From NCBI GenBank assembly GCA_965220965.1, contig OZ244852.1, positions 2,820,673 to 2,884,672 on the forward strand: 64,000 nt of DNA, in the 5' to 3' direction. A model generated the notes under the pieces. That model was not told where the DNA came from and made no database searches. It saw only the letters and a list, made by a program, of their open reading frames with translations. Shown here piece by piece: positions 39,939-49,082 of the stretch (position 1 is its first letter; every line of letters begins with the position of its first letter). Position numbers and translations under genes: made by a program. This stretch comes from Candidatus Marinacidobacterium sp. (GTDB lineage: Bacteria > Acidobacteriota > Vicinamibacteria > Marinacidobacterales > Marinacidobacteraceae).

Positions 39939-41078
39939 TCAGGCGAGGGCCTGCTCCAGGTCGGCGATCAGATCGTCCGGGTGCTCGAGGCCAACCGAGA
40001 CCCGGATCAGGTCGCGGGGGGTCGGGCTGTCCGGCCCCTCGACTGCGAAGCGGTGTTCGGCCAGCGTCTCCACCCCGCCGAGGCTCGTGGCCCGCACCAG
40101 AAGCTGCAGGCGGGACATGAAGCTCCGGGCGCCTTCCTCGCCGCCGGCGACCCGGAAGGAGAGCATCGCTCCCGGACCGTCCGCCTGCCGCGACTGCAGC
40201 GCGTGGCCGGGGTCCCCCGGCAAGCCGGGGTAGCAGGTCTGGACGACTCCCGGATGGGCGTCGAGGAAGGCGGCGAGCGCCGCCGCGTTCCGGCTCTGCT
40301 CCCGGATGCGGACCGGAAGCGTCCTGACGCCGCGCCGGATGAGCCAGGCGTCGAACGGCGACGGGATGGGCCCGGTGTCGGCCTGGCTGTTGCGGATGCG
40401 CGCGCCCAGCTCCAGCCCCTCGCGGACCACCACCGATCCGCCGATCACGTCGGAATGGCCGCCGAAGTACTTCGTCGTCGAGTGGATCACCACGTCGGCG
40501 CCCAGTTCGAGGGGACGCTGGAGCACCGGGGTCATCCAGGTGTTATCCACTGCAAGGAGCGCGCCGCCCGCGCGGCAGCGCTCGGCGACCGAGGCGATGT
40601 CGGTCACCCGGAGCATCGGGTTCGAGGGGGTCTCCACCAGCGCGAGCGCCGGTCCCGCCTCGAACGCCGCGTCCAGATCGTCCGCGTCGAGGAAATCGGT
40701 GAACCGCGTCCGCAGGCCCCACCGCGCGAGCGGCTCCCGCAGCAGATGCATCGTGCCGTGGTAGGCGTCCCGGGGGGCGAGGACCAGGTCGCCCGGGGAG
40801 AGCGCGAACATGACCGCGTGGGTCGCCGCCGTCCCCGAGGCGAAGGCGATGCAGTCCGCGCCGCCCTCGAGATCGGCGATCACGCTCTCGAGCGCGCTCC
40901 GGCCGGGATTGCCGCTCCGGCCGTAGATGTAGCCGGACGGGAGTTCCCCCGACCCGTCCCGCTCGAAGGTGGTGGAGAGGTGGATCGACGGCGCCACCGC
41001 GCCGGTCGGATCTTCGGCTTGCCGACCGCCGTGGATGCTCCGGGTCTCGATCCGCCGGGAACGTGGGGAGTCAGTCAC
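39939..41078 (-). CDS. metB: Cystathionine gamma-synthase/lyase family PLP enzyme
   Basis: YGRSGNP, FASG, ETPSNP, VDNTW, HSTTKYFGGHSD, TSLGGVET, RVSVGLE. Exact specificity is uncertain. Confidence 0.85.
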   Translation of the reverse strand: MTDSPRSRRIETRSIHGGRQAEDPTGAVAPSIHLSTTFERDGSGELPSGYIYGRSGNPGRSALESVIADLEGGADCIAFASGTAATHAVMFALSPGDLVLAPRDAYHGTMHLLREPLARWGLRTRFTDFLDADDLDAAFEAGPALALVETPSNPMLRVTDIASVAERCRAGGALLAVDNTWMTPVLQRPLELGADVVIHSTTKYFGGHSDVIGGSVVVREGLELGARIRNSQADTGPIPSPFDAWLIRRGVRTLPVRIREQSRNAAALAAFLDAHPGVVQTCYPGLPGDPGHALQSRQADGPGAMLSFRVAGGEEGARSFMSRLQLLVRATSLGGVETLAEHRFAVEGPDSPTPRDLIRVSVGLEHPDDLIADLEQALA

Positions 41079-41148
41079 GGCGAGGGCGAAGCGATGGTTG
41101 TGGAGGACCGCGCCACCCCCGCGAGCGTCAGTCCGTTCCCCCCTGGGC

Positions 41149-41310
41149 GGTGAAACGGGGCGAAGGGTTGGTTCCGTCCTACGGAGTCGTAGGGGGGCGT
41201 CGCGTGTCGGGCCCGGGCTTCCCCCTGGGGGATGCGCTTCCCGCCCGGCAGTGGTGACTCCCTTGTGGTTCCATTAGTAGCCGGAACACAGGGTGTCGCC
41301 CCGGTTCGCC
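41149..41310 (-). ncRNA. ssrS: Probable 6S RNA
   Basis: The minus strand folds into a rod. GGCGAACCGGGGCGA pairs with TCGCCCCGTTTCACC and GTTCCG with CGGAAC; there is an A-rich central bubble with a small 3' hairpin (CCTACG..CGTAGG); GGGAGTC pairs with GACGCCC; the apical stem carries GCGCA/GGAAGCC. A TAAGAT -10 box lies just upstream. Confidence 0.6.
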
Positions 41311-41314
41311 ACGC

Positions 41315-41320
41315 ATCTTA
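41315..41320 (-). promoter_or_regulatory. -10 box (TAAGAT) for the putative 6S RNA
   Basis: TAAGAT about 4-5 nt upstream of the predicted 5' stem. Confidence 0.45.
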
Positions 41321-41499
41321 GCGACCGCGCGGAGCGACGCCCGAAAACCAGCCGTTGCCCGAGGGCGCCGTGATCAGCGCGGCGCGGAGGTCCTGACGCC
41401 CCCCGCAGCCCCCGGCCCGGCGGGGTTCGCCACGCCCCCAGGAGCGGCGGGCAAGCCCTCACCCCGATCGACGCGCCACCACCTCTCCCCCGGCTCCGC

Positions 41500-44400
41500 A
41501 ACCGGAGTGGGCAGTTTTCGAGTGCAACAAGTGGGCAGTTCTCGCGTGCAGGACGTGGGAAGTTCTCGCGTGCAATCCCGGACCGGGAGGAGGGTCCGCC
41601 GCCCCGCCGCCATCGTCCTGGCAATCGAATGTCGCCCTGCTGCGGGGAGCCGCTGCTTGAGGCGGAGGACCTCAGAGCGGCTTCCACGGTCTGATTGGAG
41701 TCCGCAGCCGGATCCCGGGACGCGCCCGGCCGCCACACCACAAACTGTCGACCAAAACGGGGCAACCTCATCCCGACTCCGCTCCGCGAGTGGGCAGTTC
41801 TCGAGTTCAAGAAGTGGGCAGTTCTCGCGTGCCAGAAGTGGGCAGTTCTCGAGTGCCAGAAGTGGGCAGTTCTCGAATGCAAATCCGGCCCGGGAGGGAG
41901 CGCCCGGCTCGGCCATCGGGATGGCCTCAGGCGTCGCGCCAACTGACGGAGGCCGCGGTTCGATCCCAATGGCGGCCCGGTCGCCACACAACAACCTGTC
42001 TACGAAAACGGGGCAGCCTCACCCCGACTCCGCCCCGCGGGTGGGCAGTTCTCGAGTTCAAAGAGTGGGAAGTTCTCGCGTGCCAGAAGTGGGAAGTTCT
42101 CGCGTGCAATCCCGGACCGGGAGGAGGGTCCACGGCCCTGCCTCCATCGTCCTGGCAATCGAAGTGTCGCCCTGCCGCGGAGAGCCGCTGGCAGAGGCGG
42201 AGGATCTCAGAGCGGCTTCCACGGTCTGATCGGAGGCCGCAGCCCGATCCCGGGAGGCGTTCCGGTCCCCACACTACGAACTGTCTACAAGAACGGGGCA
42301 ACCCCACCCCTCGTCGCTCACCCAGCCCGCTTCAACGGCGCGCCCTCGAACCCCCCCGAGGCTCGACCCTCGAAAATGTTTCCAGTAGCCCGACAGGCGT
42401 TGTCTCGTTATCTCCTTGACTGCACGCCCTTAATCTTCTGAAGGGGCTGTGAAGTTCCCGCTCTGGCGGCGGGGTTCCGCAATGCCCCCGCCATCGGCGA
42501 CCAGCGTCTCATCCTGATTGACGGGCGCGTCCAACTCTGATTGACGCGCCCCACAGCGGCCCGACCCCAGAAGCCGCCCGGTCGCCACACGACAAACTGT
42601 CTACGAAAACGGGGCAACCCATCCGACTCCGCCCCGCGAGTGGGCAGTTCTCGAGTTCAAAGAGTGGGCAGTTCTCGTGTGCCGGAAGTGGGAAGTTCTC
42701 GTGTGCAATCCCGGATCGGGAGAAGGGGCCACGGCCTTACCTCCATCGTCCTGGCAATCGAAATGTCGCCCTGCCGCGGGGAGCCGCTGGCCGAGGCGGA
42801 GGACCTCAGAGCGGCTTCCACGGCCCGATCGGAGGCCGCAGCCAGATCCCGGGAGGCGTCCCGGTCGCCACACTCCGAACTGTCTACGAAAACGGGGCAA
42901 CCTCACCCCGACTCCGCCCCGCGAGTGGGCAGTTCTCGTGTGCAGGAAGTGGGCAGTTCTCGCGTGCAATCCCGGATCAGGAGAAGGGCCCACGGCCCTT
43001 CCGCCATCGTCCTGGCAATCGAAGTGTCGCCCTGCCGCGGGGAGCCGCTGGCCGAGGCGGAGGACCGCAGAGCGGCTTCCACCGTCTGATCGAAGGCCGC
43101 AGCCAGATCGCGGGAGGCGTCCCGGTCGCCACACAACAGACTGGCTACGAAGACGGGGCAACCTCATTCTCGTCGCTCACCCGCCCCCCTTCACGGACGC
43201 GCCTGCGAACCCGAGGCGGCCCTGGCGCATGTTTCCAGTAGCCGGACAGGCGTTCCCCTCTTATCTCGTTGACTTCACACCCTTTATTCTCTGAAAGGGC
43301 CGTGAAGTTCCCGCTGTGGCGGCGGGGTTCCGCAATGCCCCCGCCATCGGCGTCCAGCGTCTCATCCTGATTGAAGCCCAGGCCGTGAACTCCCGAGGCT
43401 CGACCTCGCAAGTGTTTCCAGTACCCGGACAGGCCGTGCCTCTTTATCTTCTTGACTGCACGCCCTTTATTGTCTGAAAGGGCTGTGAGGTTCCCGCTGG
43501 GGAGGCCGGGTTCCGCGATGCCCTCGCAACCGGCGTTCAGCGTCTCCCCTGACGCGCCACCGCGGCCCGACCCCAGGAGGCGCCCAGTCGCCACACAACA
43601 AACTGTCTACGAGAACGGGACAACCTCACCCCTCGTCGCTCACCCACCCCCTTCAACGGCGCGCCTTCGAACCCCGAGGCACGACCCTCGAAATGTTTCC
43701 AGTAGCCGAACAGGCTGTGCCTCGTTATCTCGTTGACTAAACGCCCTTTGTTTTCTGAAAGGGCTGTGAGGTTCCCGCTGTGGCGACGGGGTTCCGCAAT
43801 GCCCCCGCGATCGGTGTCGAGCGTCTCATCCTGATTGACGCGCCCCACTCAGACAGTCGCGCCGACGGAGGGAGGCCACGGCCCGCTCTCCAATGGGGGC
43901 CCGGTCGCCACACTACGAACTGTCTACGAAAACGGGGCAACCCATCCGACTCCGCCTCGCGAGTGGGCAGTTCTCCAATTCAAAAGGTGGGCAGTTCTCG
44001 CGTGCCAGAAGTGGGAAGTTCTCGCGTGCAAATTCGGTCTGGGGACGGAGCGCCCGGCTCGGCCATCGGGATGGTCTCAGGCGTCGCGCCAACTGACGGA
44101 GGCCGCGGTTCGATCCCAATGGCGGCCCGGTCGCCACACTACGAACCGTCCAGGAGGACGGGGCAACGTCACCCCTCGTCGCTCACCCAACCCCGTTCAG
44201 GGACGCGCCGCCGAACCCCGAAGGGCCCCCGCAAGTGTTCCAGTAGCCGGACAGGCGGCGCCTCGTTATCTCCTTGACCTCACGCCCTTTGTTTTCTGAA
44301 AGGGCCGTGAAGTTCCCGCTGTGGCGGCGGGGTTCCGCAATGCCCCCGCCAGCGCCGTCCTGCGTCTCGTCCTGATTGACGCGCAACAGCTCGACCCTCG

Positions 44401-44690
44401 CACATGTTTCCAGTAGGCGGACAGGCGTTGCCTTGTTATCTCGTTGACTTCACGCCCTTTATTGTCCGAAAGGGCTGTGAAGTTCCCGCTGTGGCGGCCG
44501 GGTTCCGCAATGCCCCCGCCATCGGCGTCCAGCGTCTCATGCTGATTGACGCGCCAGACTCTTCACTACCGCGGCTCGACCCTCGCAAGTGTTTCCAGTA
44601 CCCGGGCAGGCGCTCCGTCGCTATCTCCCTGACTGCAAGCCCCTTTATTTTCTGAAAGGGCTGTGAATTTCCCGCTGTGGCGGCCCGGCA
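41500..44690. repeat. 3.2-kb non-coding modular repeat mosaic
   Basis: 18 copies of a 24-bp unit in 6 clusters, 9 copies of a ~45-bp hub, 7 copies of a ~150-bp palindromic module, plus 4+2 linker modules. All are in the same orientation. Confidence 0.95.
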
Positions 44691-44943
44691 CCAGGCGCTT
44701 CGCTGGTTGGGCGTGTCGATTGCCCGGCCCGTACGTGCTGCGACCTAGGGGCAGGGGGGAGGGTCCGGGAGGGGGGAACCCCCTCCCGCAATTTGTCTAT
44801 CGGATCGGAACTTGGCGAAGCAAGTTCCGATCCCTGGCCCGCAGGGCCAGGCGTTGTGTGGGAGGGGCCGCCTCCGCGGACGCCGACTATTGCGACGACG
44901 TCGCTCTGGCGGCCCCTCCCACGCAACGCGTGGTCACTCGCCG

Positions 44944-45027
44944 TGCCGGGAGCGGGGCTCGAACCCGCACGCCCCGGGGGGCAGGGAATTTTAAGTTCCC
45001 CACGTCTACCGATTCCGTCATCCCGGC
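44944..45027 (-). tRNA. tRNA-Leu(TAA)
   Basis: GCCGGGATGACGGAATCGGTAGACG...GGGAAC-TTAAAA-TTCCC, long variable arm, GGTTCGAGCCC, CCCGGCA. Confidence 0.95.
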
Positions 45028-45039
45028 GGCCGGCGACGG

Positions 45040-45112
45040 AGGCGGCGGGCGGATTCGAACCGCCGAATAGAGGTTTTGCAGACCTCCGCCTTGGCCACTT
45101 GGCTACGCCGCC
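45040..45112 (-). tRNA. tRNA-Cys(GCA)
   Basis: GGCGGCGTAGCCAAGTGG...GAGGT-CTGCAAA-ACCTC...GGTTCGAATCC...CGCCGCCT. Confidence 0.96.
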
Positions 45113-45155
45113 GTCACGCGCTCGTTAATCCGCCGCCCCCCTGCGTCGCGCCCCG

Positions 45156-45227
<72 letters not shown>

Positions 45228-45292
45228 CTTCGGAGCGAATCGGGGATTTTATCCGCGCCGCCGGAGTCGGCTCGTGGCGGTTTGCGTCGGCG

Positions 45293-45811
45293 TCAGAACG
45301 CGTCGCGGCGGATGCGGATCGCGGGCCGCGGCCGCCTCCGGAGGCGGAGCCAGGAGGCCGGCGAGGCGAGCCGTATTGGTGGCCGCCGGATCGCGGGAGG
45401 CTTCGGGAACCAGACCTCGACGACATCCATCCGCAGCCGGGAGCCGGGCGGGATCCGGCGCCTCTCCGACTCCTTGCGCCACATCCGCGCCGCGGAGCGG
45501 CGGAGCCGAAGCCGCTTGCGCGCGTCGACGCGTTCCGCCGGGTTCCCGAGTCCACCGCGGCGGGTCTTCACCTCGACGACGGCCAGGGTGCGCCCTTCCC
45601 ACGCCACGATGTCGATCTCGGCGTAGCGGCGGGACCGTCCGGGCCGGTAGTTGCGGGCCACGACCCGGTAGCCCGAGCGGGAGAGCGCCCGCGCCGCGAT
45701 CCGCTCGCCGCGGGCGCCGAGGCGGAGGTGCGGCGCCCGCCGCCGGGCCGTCCCCCGAAACAGGTCGCCCGCCCGCCGCGCCAGTCGACGGAGCGACGAG
45801 CCGGGAGGCAC
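45293..45811 (-). CDS. yraN: YraN (UPF0102) family nuclease-like protein
   Basis: GARGERIA, YRVVARNYR, EIDIVA, VVEVKTR, RMDVV. Confidence 0.9.
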   Translation of the reverse strand: MPPGSSLRRLARRAGDLFRGTARRRAPHLRLGARGERIAARALSRSGYRVVARNYRPGRSRRYAEIDIVAWEGRTLAVVEVKTRRGGLGNPAERVDARKRLRLRRSAARMWRKESERRRIPPGSRLRMDVVEVWFPKPPAIRRPPIRLASPASWLRLRRRPRPAIRIRRDAF

Positions 45812-45814
45812 GGC

Positions 45815-47242
45815 TCAGAGTCGCCGCCAGACGGTCCCGTCGGGGGTGTCCTCGAGGACGATGCCCTGGGTGCGGAGCTCGTCGCGGATCGCGTCGGCGC
45901 GGGCGAAGTCGCGCCGGCCGCGCGCTTCCCGGCGCTCCACGATCAGGGCGTCGATCGCCTCCCCGTCGTTCGCCTGCTCCTCCGGTCGGGCCTCCTCCAT
46001 CTCGAACACCCCGAGCACCCGGTTCATGCGCCGGATGGCGGCCGCCCACTGTCCCGGGGGCGGCCCATCCGCCGTTCCGGCGTCGAGCCGCTGGTTCTCC
46101 TTGCGGAGCGCGTGGAACACCTCGGCGAGCGCCCGGGAGACGTTGAGATCGTCGTTCAGCGCGTCGTCGAACCGGTCGAGGCACTTCCTGATGTCCTCGT
46201 CCTCGCCATCGACGGGGACCGGATCCTTCGGCGCCGCCGGCGCCCGCCGGAGCAGGTTGTCCACCCGCCGCACCGCGGTCTCGGCCTGCCGGAGGCCTTC
46301 CCGGGTGAAGTTGAGTTGCTTGCGGTAGTGGACGCTCGCGAGCAGGTAGCGGATCGCCGCCGCCGGGACCCCGTCCTCCAGCAGTTCCCGGATGGTGAAG
46401 TGGTTCCCGAGGGACTTGGACATCTTCCGGCCCTCCACCAGGAGGTGCTCGCAGTGGAACCAGTGCCGGACGAACTGCTCCCCGGTGGCGGCCTCGCTCT
46501 GGGCGATCTCGTTCTCGTGGTGTGGGAACATGAGGTCGACCCCGCCGCAGTGGAGGTCGAAGCCGGACCCGAACAGCTCGAGGCCCATCGCCGAGCACTC
46601 GAGGTGCCAGCCGGGACGCCCGGCGCCGAAGGGCGCATCCCACGAGGGCTCATCCGGCTTCGATCCCTTCCAGAGCACGAAGTCCGAGACGTTCTCCTTG
46701 TCGTACTCGTCGGAGTCGACCCGGGCCCCCGCCAGCCGTCCTTCGATCGCGGCGCCCGAGAGCATCCCGTAGCGGGGGAAGGCGGCGATCCGGAAGTAGA
46801 CGGACCCGCCGGCGCTGTAGGCCGCCCCGGTCGCGAGCAGCCGCTCCACCATCCGGATCATCGCCGCGATGTACTCGGGATCGGTGGCCCGGGGGTAGTG
46901 CTCGGCCCGACGGATGCCGAGCGCGTCGGCGTCCTCGTAGTACTGCTCGATGTAGCGCGACGTGTACTCCCGGAGCGGCTCGCCCGCCTCGTTCGCTCCC
47001 CGGATCGTCTTGTCGTCCACGTCCGTGAAGTTCTGCGCCTGGACCACCCGGTAACCCCTGGCTTCGAGGAACCGGCGGAGGATGTCCTGCGCGACGAACG
47101 TGCGGAAGTTCCCGATGTGGCCGCGGGCGTAGACGGTGAGCCCGCAGGTGTACATCCGCACCTCGTCCGGCCGGGCCGGCTCGAAAGTCTCGACGCGTCC
47201 GGTCAGGGTGTTCCGCAGGCGGAGCGGCCGGGAGGAACTCAT
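45815..47242 (-). CDS. cysS: Cysteine--tRNA ligase
   Basis: MYTCGLTVY, HIGN, GRPGWHLECS, FPHHENEIAQ, KMSKS, ADAIRDEL. Confidence 0.97.
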   Translation of the reverse strand: MSSSRPLRLRNTLTGRVETFEPARPDEVRMYTCGLTVYARGHIGNFRTFVAQDILRRFLEARGYRVVQAQNFTDVDDKTIRGANEAGEPLREYTSRYIEQYYEDADALGIRRAEHYPRATDPEYIAAMIRMVERLLATGAAYSAGGSVYFRIAAFPRYGMLSGAAIEGRLAGARVDSDEYDKENVSDFVLWKGSKPDEPSWDAPFGAGRPGWHLECSAMGLELFGSGFDLHCGGVDLMFPHHENEIAQSEAATGEQFVRHWFHCEHLLVEGRKMSKSLGNHFTIRELLEDGVPAAAIRYLLASVHYRKQLNFTREGLRQAETAVRRVDNLLRRAPAAPKDPVPVDGEDEDIRKCLDRFDDALNDDLNVSRALAEVFHALRKENQRLDAGTADGPPPGQWAAAIRRMNRVLGVFEMEEARPEEQANDGEAIDALIVERREARGRRDFARADAIRDELRTQGIVLEDTPDGTVWRRL

Positions 47243-49074
47243 CGGGCCTCCTCCCCGGTTCGCCGGAGCACGATCAGCGTCAGGTCGTCCTGCAGCGCGC
47301 GGGGCCCGGCGAAGGCGCGCGCGCGGGACAGGAGGTCTCCGCAGATCGCGCGGGCGTCGTGGGCGCGCGTCTCCATGAGCCCCTCGATGATCCGGTCGTC
47401 GTCGAACTGGTGATCCTCGGGGTCTTCGGCCTCGCTCAGTCCGTCGGTGTACATCGCGAGCACGTCCCCGGGCTCGAGCTGCACGGCGCCGACTTCGGTC
47501 GTGATGTTCGGGAAGAGCCCGAGAACGGTGGACCCGGCGCCGAGGCGCTCGACCGACCCGGAGGCGCGGACGACGACCGGCTGGACATGGCCGGCGTTCA
47601 GGTAGTCGAGGCGGCCGGTCTCGGGGGACAGCGCGGCCAGCACGGCGGTGACGTACCGGTTGTCCTCGGTGTTCTGGTGGAGCAGGTGGTTCAGTTCGAC
47701 CGCGGCGCGGTCGATGGCCGTGTCGCCGTGACGATAGAACGCGCGGAGCGACGCCTGGACCGAAGCCATGATGATCGCCGGCCCCGCGCCCTTGCCGGAG
47801 ACATCGGCGATGGTGACGAACACCCGGTCGTCGAGCCGCAGGTAGTCGTAGTAGTCGCCGCCCACCGCGAGGCAGGGGATGTTCACTCCGGAGAGATCCC
47901 AGCCGGAGAGCTGCGGCGCTTCCGTCGGGAGGAGCCGCGCCTGGATCCGGCGCGCCACGACCAGCTCCTTCTCCTTCTCGATCGTGGACCGGGTCAGCCG
48001 CGCGCTCTCGACCGCGGCCGCCGCCCGCCCGGCGAGCGAGGTCAGGAAGCCGCGGTCCGGCGCCTCCAGCGCGCGGTCGTTCCCCGCCTCCCCGAGGAAC
48101 AGCGCGCCCCGCACCGCGCCCGACGCGAAGGGGACGATCCAGCCGATCCTCAGGGCCGCGAGATCGCGGGACATCTGGCGGTCGGCGAGGTCGCGGACGC
48201 GGAGAACGTCGTGCTCCCGGGAGAGGGCGGCGTCGGCCAGCGCCAGCGCGTTCCATTCCTCCTCCGGCCCCCGGGGCCCCTTGGACGCGACCACCCGTCC
48301 GCCGGCGACCACCGAGCCCCGGCTCGCGAGCAGGTGTCCCATCGAGCCATGGAGGAGCAGGTCCCAGACCGCGGCTTCATCCCGGGCCCGGTGGAGACCG
48401 GCGGTCAGGTCGAGCAGCGACCGCAACTGGTACATCCGGAGCGCGAGTCGGCGGTTCGTGGCCTGAAGCTCTTCGTCCCGGCGGCACTTCTCGAGCGCCG
48501 CCGAGGCGATGACCGCGAGCGCCTCGAGGAAATCGGTCCGCGACCCGGACAGATCGGGGTGCGGCTCTCCCAGCAGGAGGACGCCGGCGAGCCGGCCTCC
48601 GGTCCGCAGGATGACCGCCGAATCGGCCCGGGCGGCGAGCATCAGCTCCCGGAACGGCGCTTCGGCCAGGTCCGCCGCCTCGGGATCCGGCCCCGGGCCT
48701 TGTCGCCGGAGCACCGCGTGCGCCGGAAGCGCCTCGGGCTCGGGACAGGCGAAGTCGCCCCAGTCCTCGTCGGCGGCGCCCCGCCGTTCTCCGGCGCGGA
48801 GCTGTCCCCGTCCATCGGGAACCAGGAGTCCGCTCCAGCGCGCCCCGGTCTCGCCGAGTCCCACGAGGAGCAGGAGCGAGCCGACCTGATCGACGCTCAT
48901 CGATTCTGTCAGCGCGGCGCCGAAGTCGGTGAGCGCCAGAAGCTCGGAGACCAGCCGCCCGGTCGCCGGGTCGAAGGCGGGCAGGTGGGGGGCGAAGAGG
49001 CGTTGGTAACGGGTGCTCGGGGCCGAGGGCCCCGCTGCAGATCCCGCCGTCGCCGCCGGGGGGTCCGTGGTCAC
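47239..49074 (-). CDS. GAF + SpoIIE/PP2C phosphatase (RsbU-like)
   Basis: VGGDYYD, IADVSGKG, NAGH, YTDGLSE, DDLT. Confidence 0.92.
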   Translation of the reverse strand: MTTDPPAATAGSAAGPSAPSTRYQRLFAPHLPAFDPATGRLVSELLALTDFGAALTESMSVDQVGSLLLLVGLGETGARWSGLLVPDGRGQLRAGERRGAADEDWGDFACPEPEALPAHAVLRRQGPGPDPEAADLAEAPFRELMLAARADSAVILRTGGRLAGVLLLGEPHPDLSGSRTDFLEALAVIASAALEKCRRDEELQATNRRLALRMYQLRSLLDLTAGLHRARDEAAVWDLLLHGSMGHLLASRGSVVAGGRVVASKGPRGPEEEWNALALADAALSREHDVLRVRDLADRQMSRDLAALRIGWIVPFASGAVRGALFLGEAGNDRALEAPDRGFLTSLAGRAAAAVESARLTRSTIEKEKELVVARRIQARLLPTEAPQLSGWDLSGVNIPCLAVGGDYYDYLRLDDRVFVTIADVSGKGAGPAIIMASVQASLRAFYRHGDTAIDRAAVELNHLLHQNTEDNRYVTAVLAALSPETGRLDYLNAGHVQPVVVRASGSVERLGAGSTVLGLFPNITTEVGAVQLEPGDVLAMYTDGLSEAEDPEDHQFDDDRIIEGLMETRAHDARAICGDLLSRARAFAGPRALQDDLTLIVLRRTGEEAR

Positions 49075-49082
49075 CGGTCTTC

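Noticed and set aside
41152-41162. Shared AAACGGGGC between the 6S stem and hub module D
   Set aside because: Only about 9 nt in GC-rich DNA; likely chance.
41079-41310. SAM riboswitch upstream of the metB-like gene
   Set aside because: No SAM-I core (ATC..GAG...GAT) or SAM-II consensus was seen. The long rod fold fits 6S RNA better.
41500-44690. CRISPR array or coding repeat protein
   Set aside because: The sequences between repeats are themselves repeated (no unique spacers), the 24-bp units are directly tandem, and there are no cas genes. The ORFs across the region are short, frame-inconsistent and low-complexity.
45815-48256. Apparent N-terminal extensions or fusions of cysS (813 aa), the AAA ATPase (738 aa), trmB, drmC and the anti-sigma gene in the ORF track
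   Set aside because: The extensions overlap real upstream genes in other frames. Internal coupled start codons give normal lengths.
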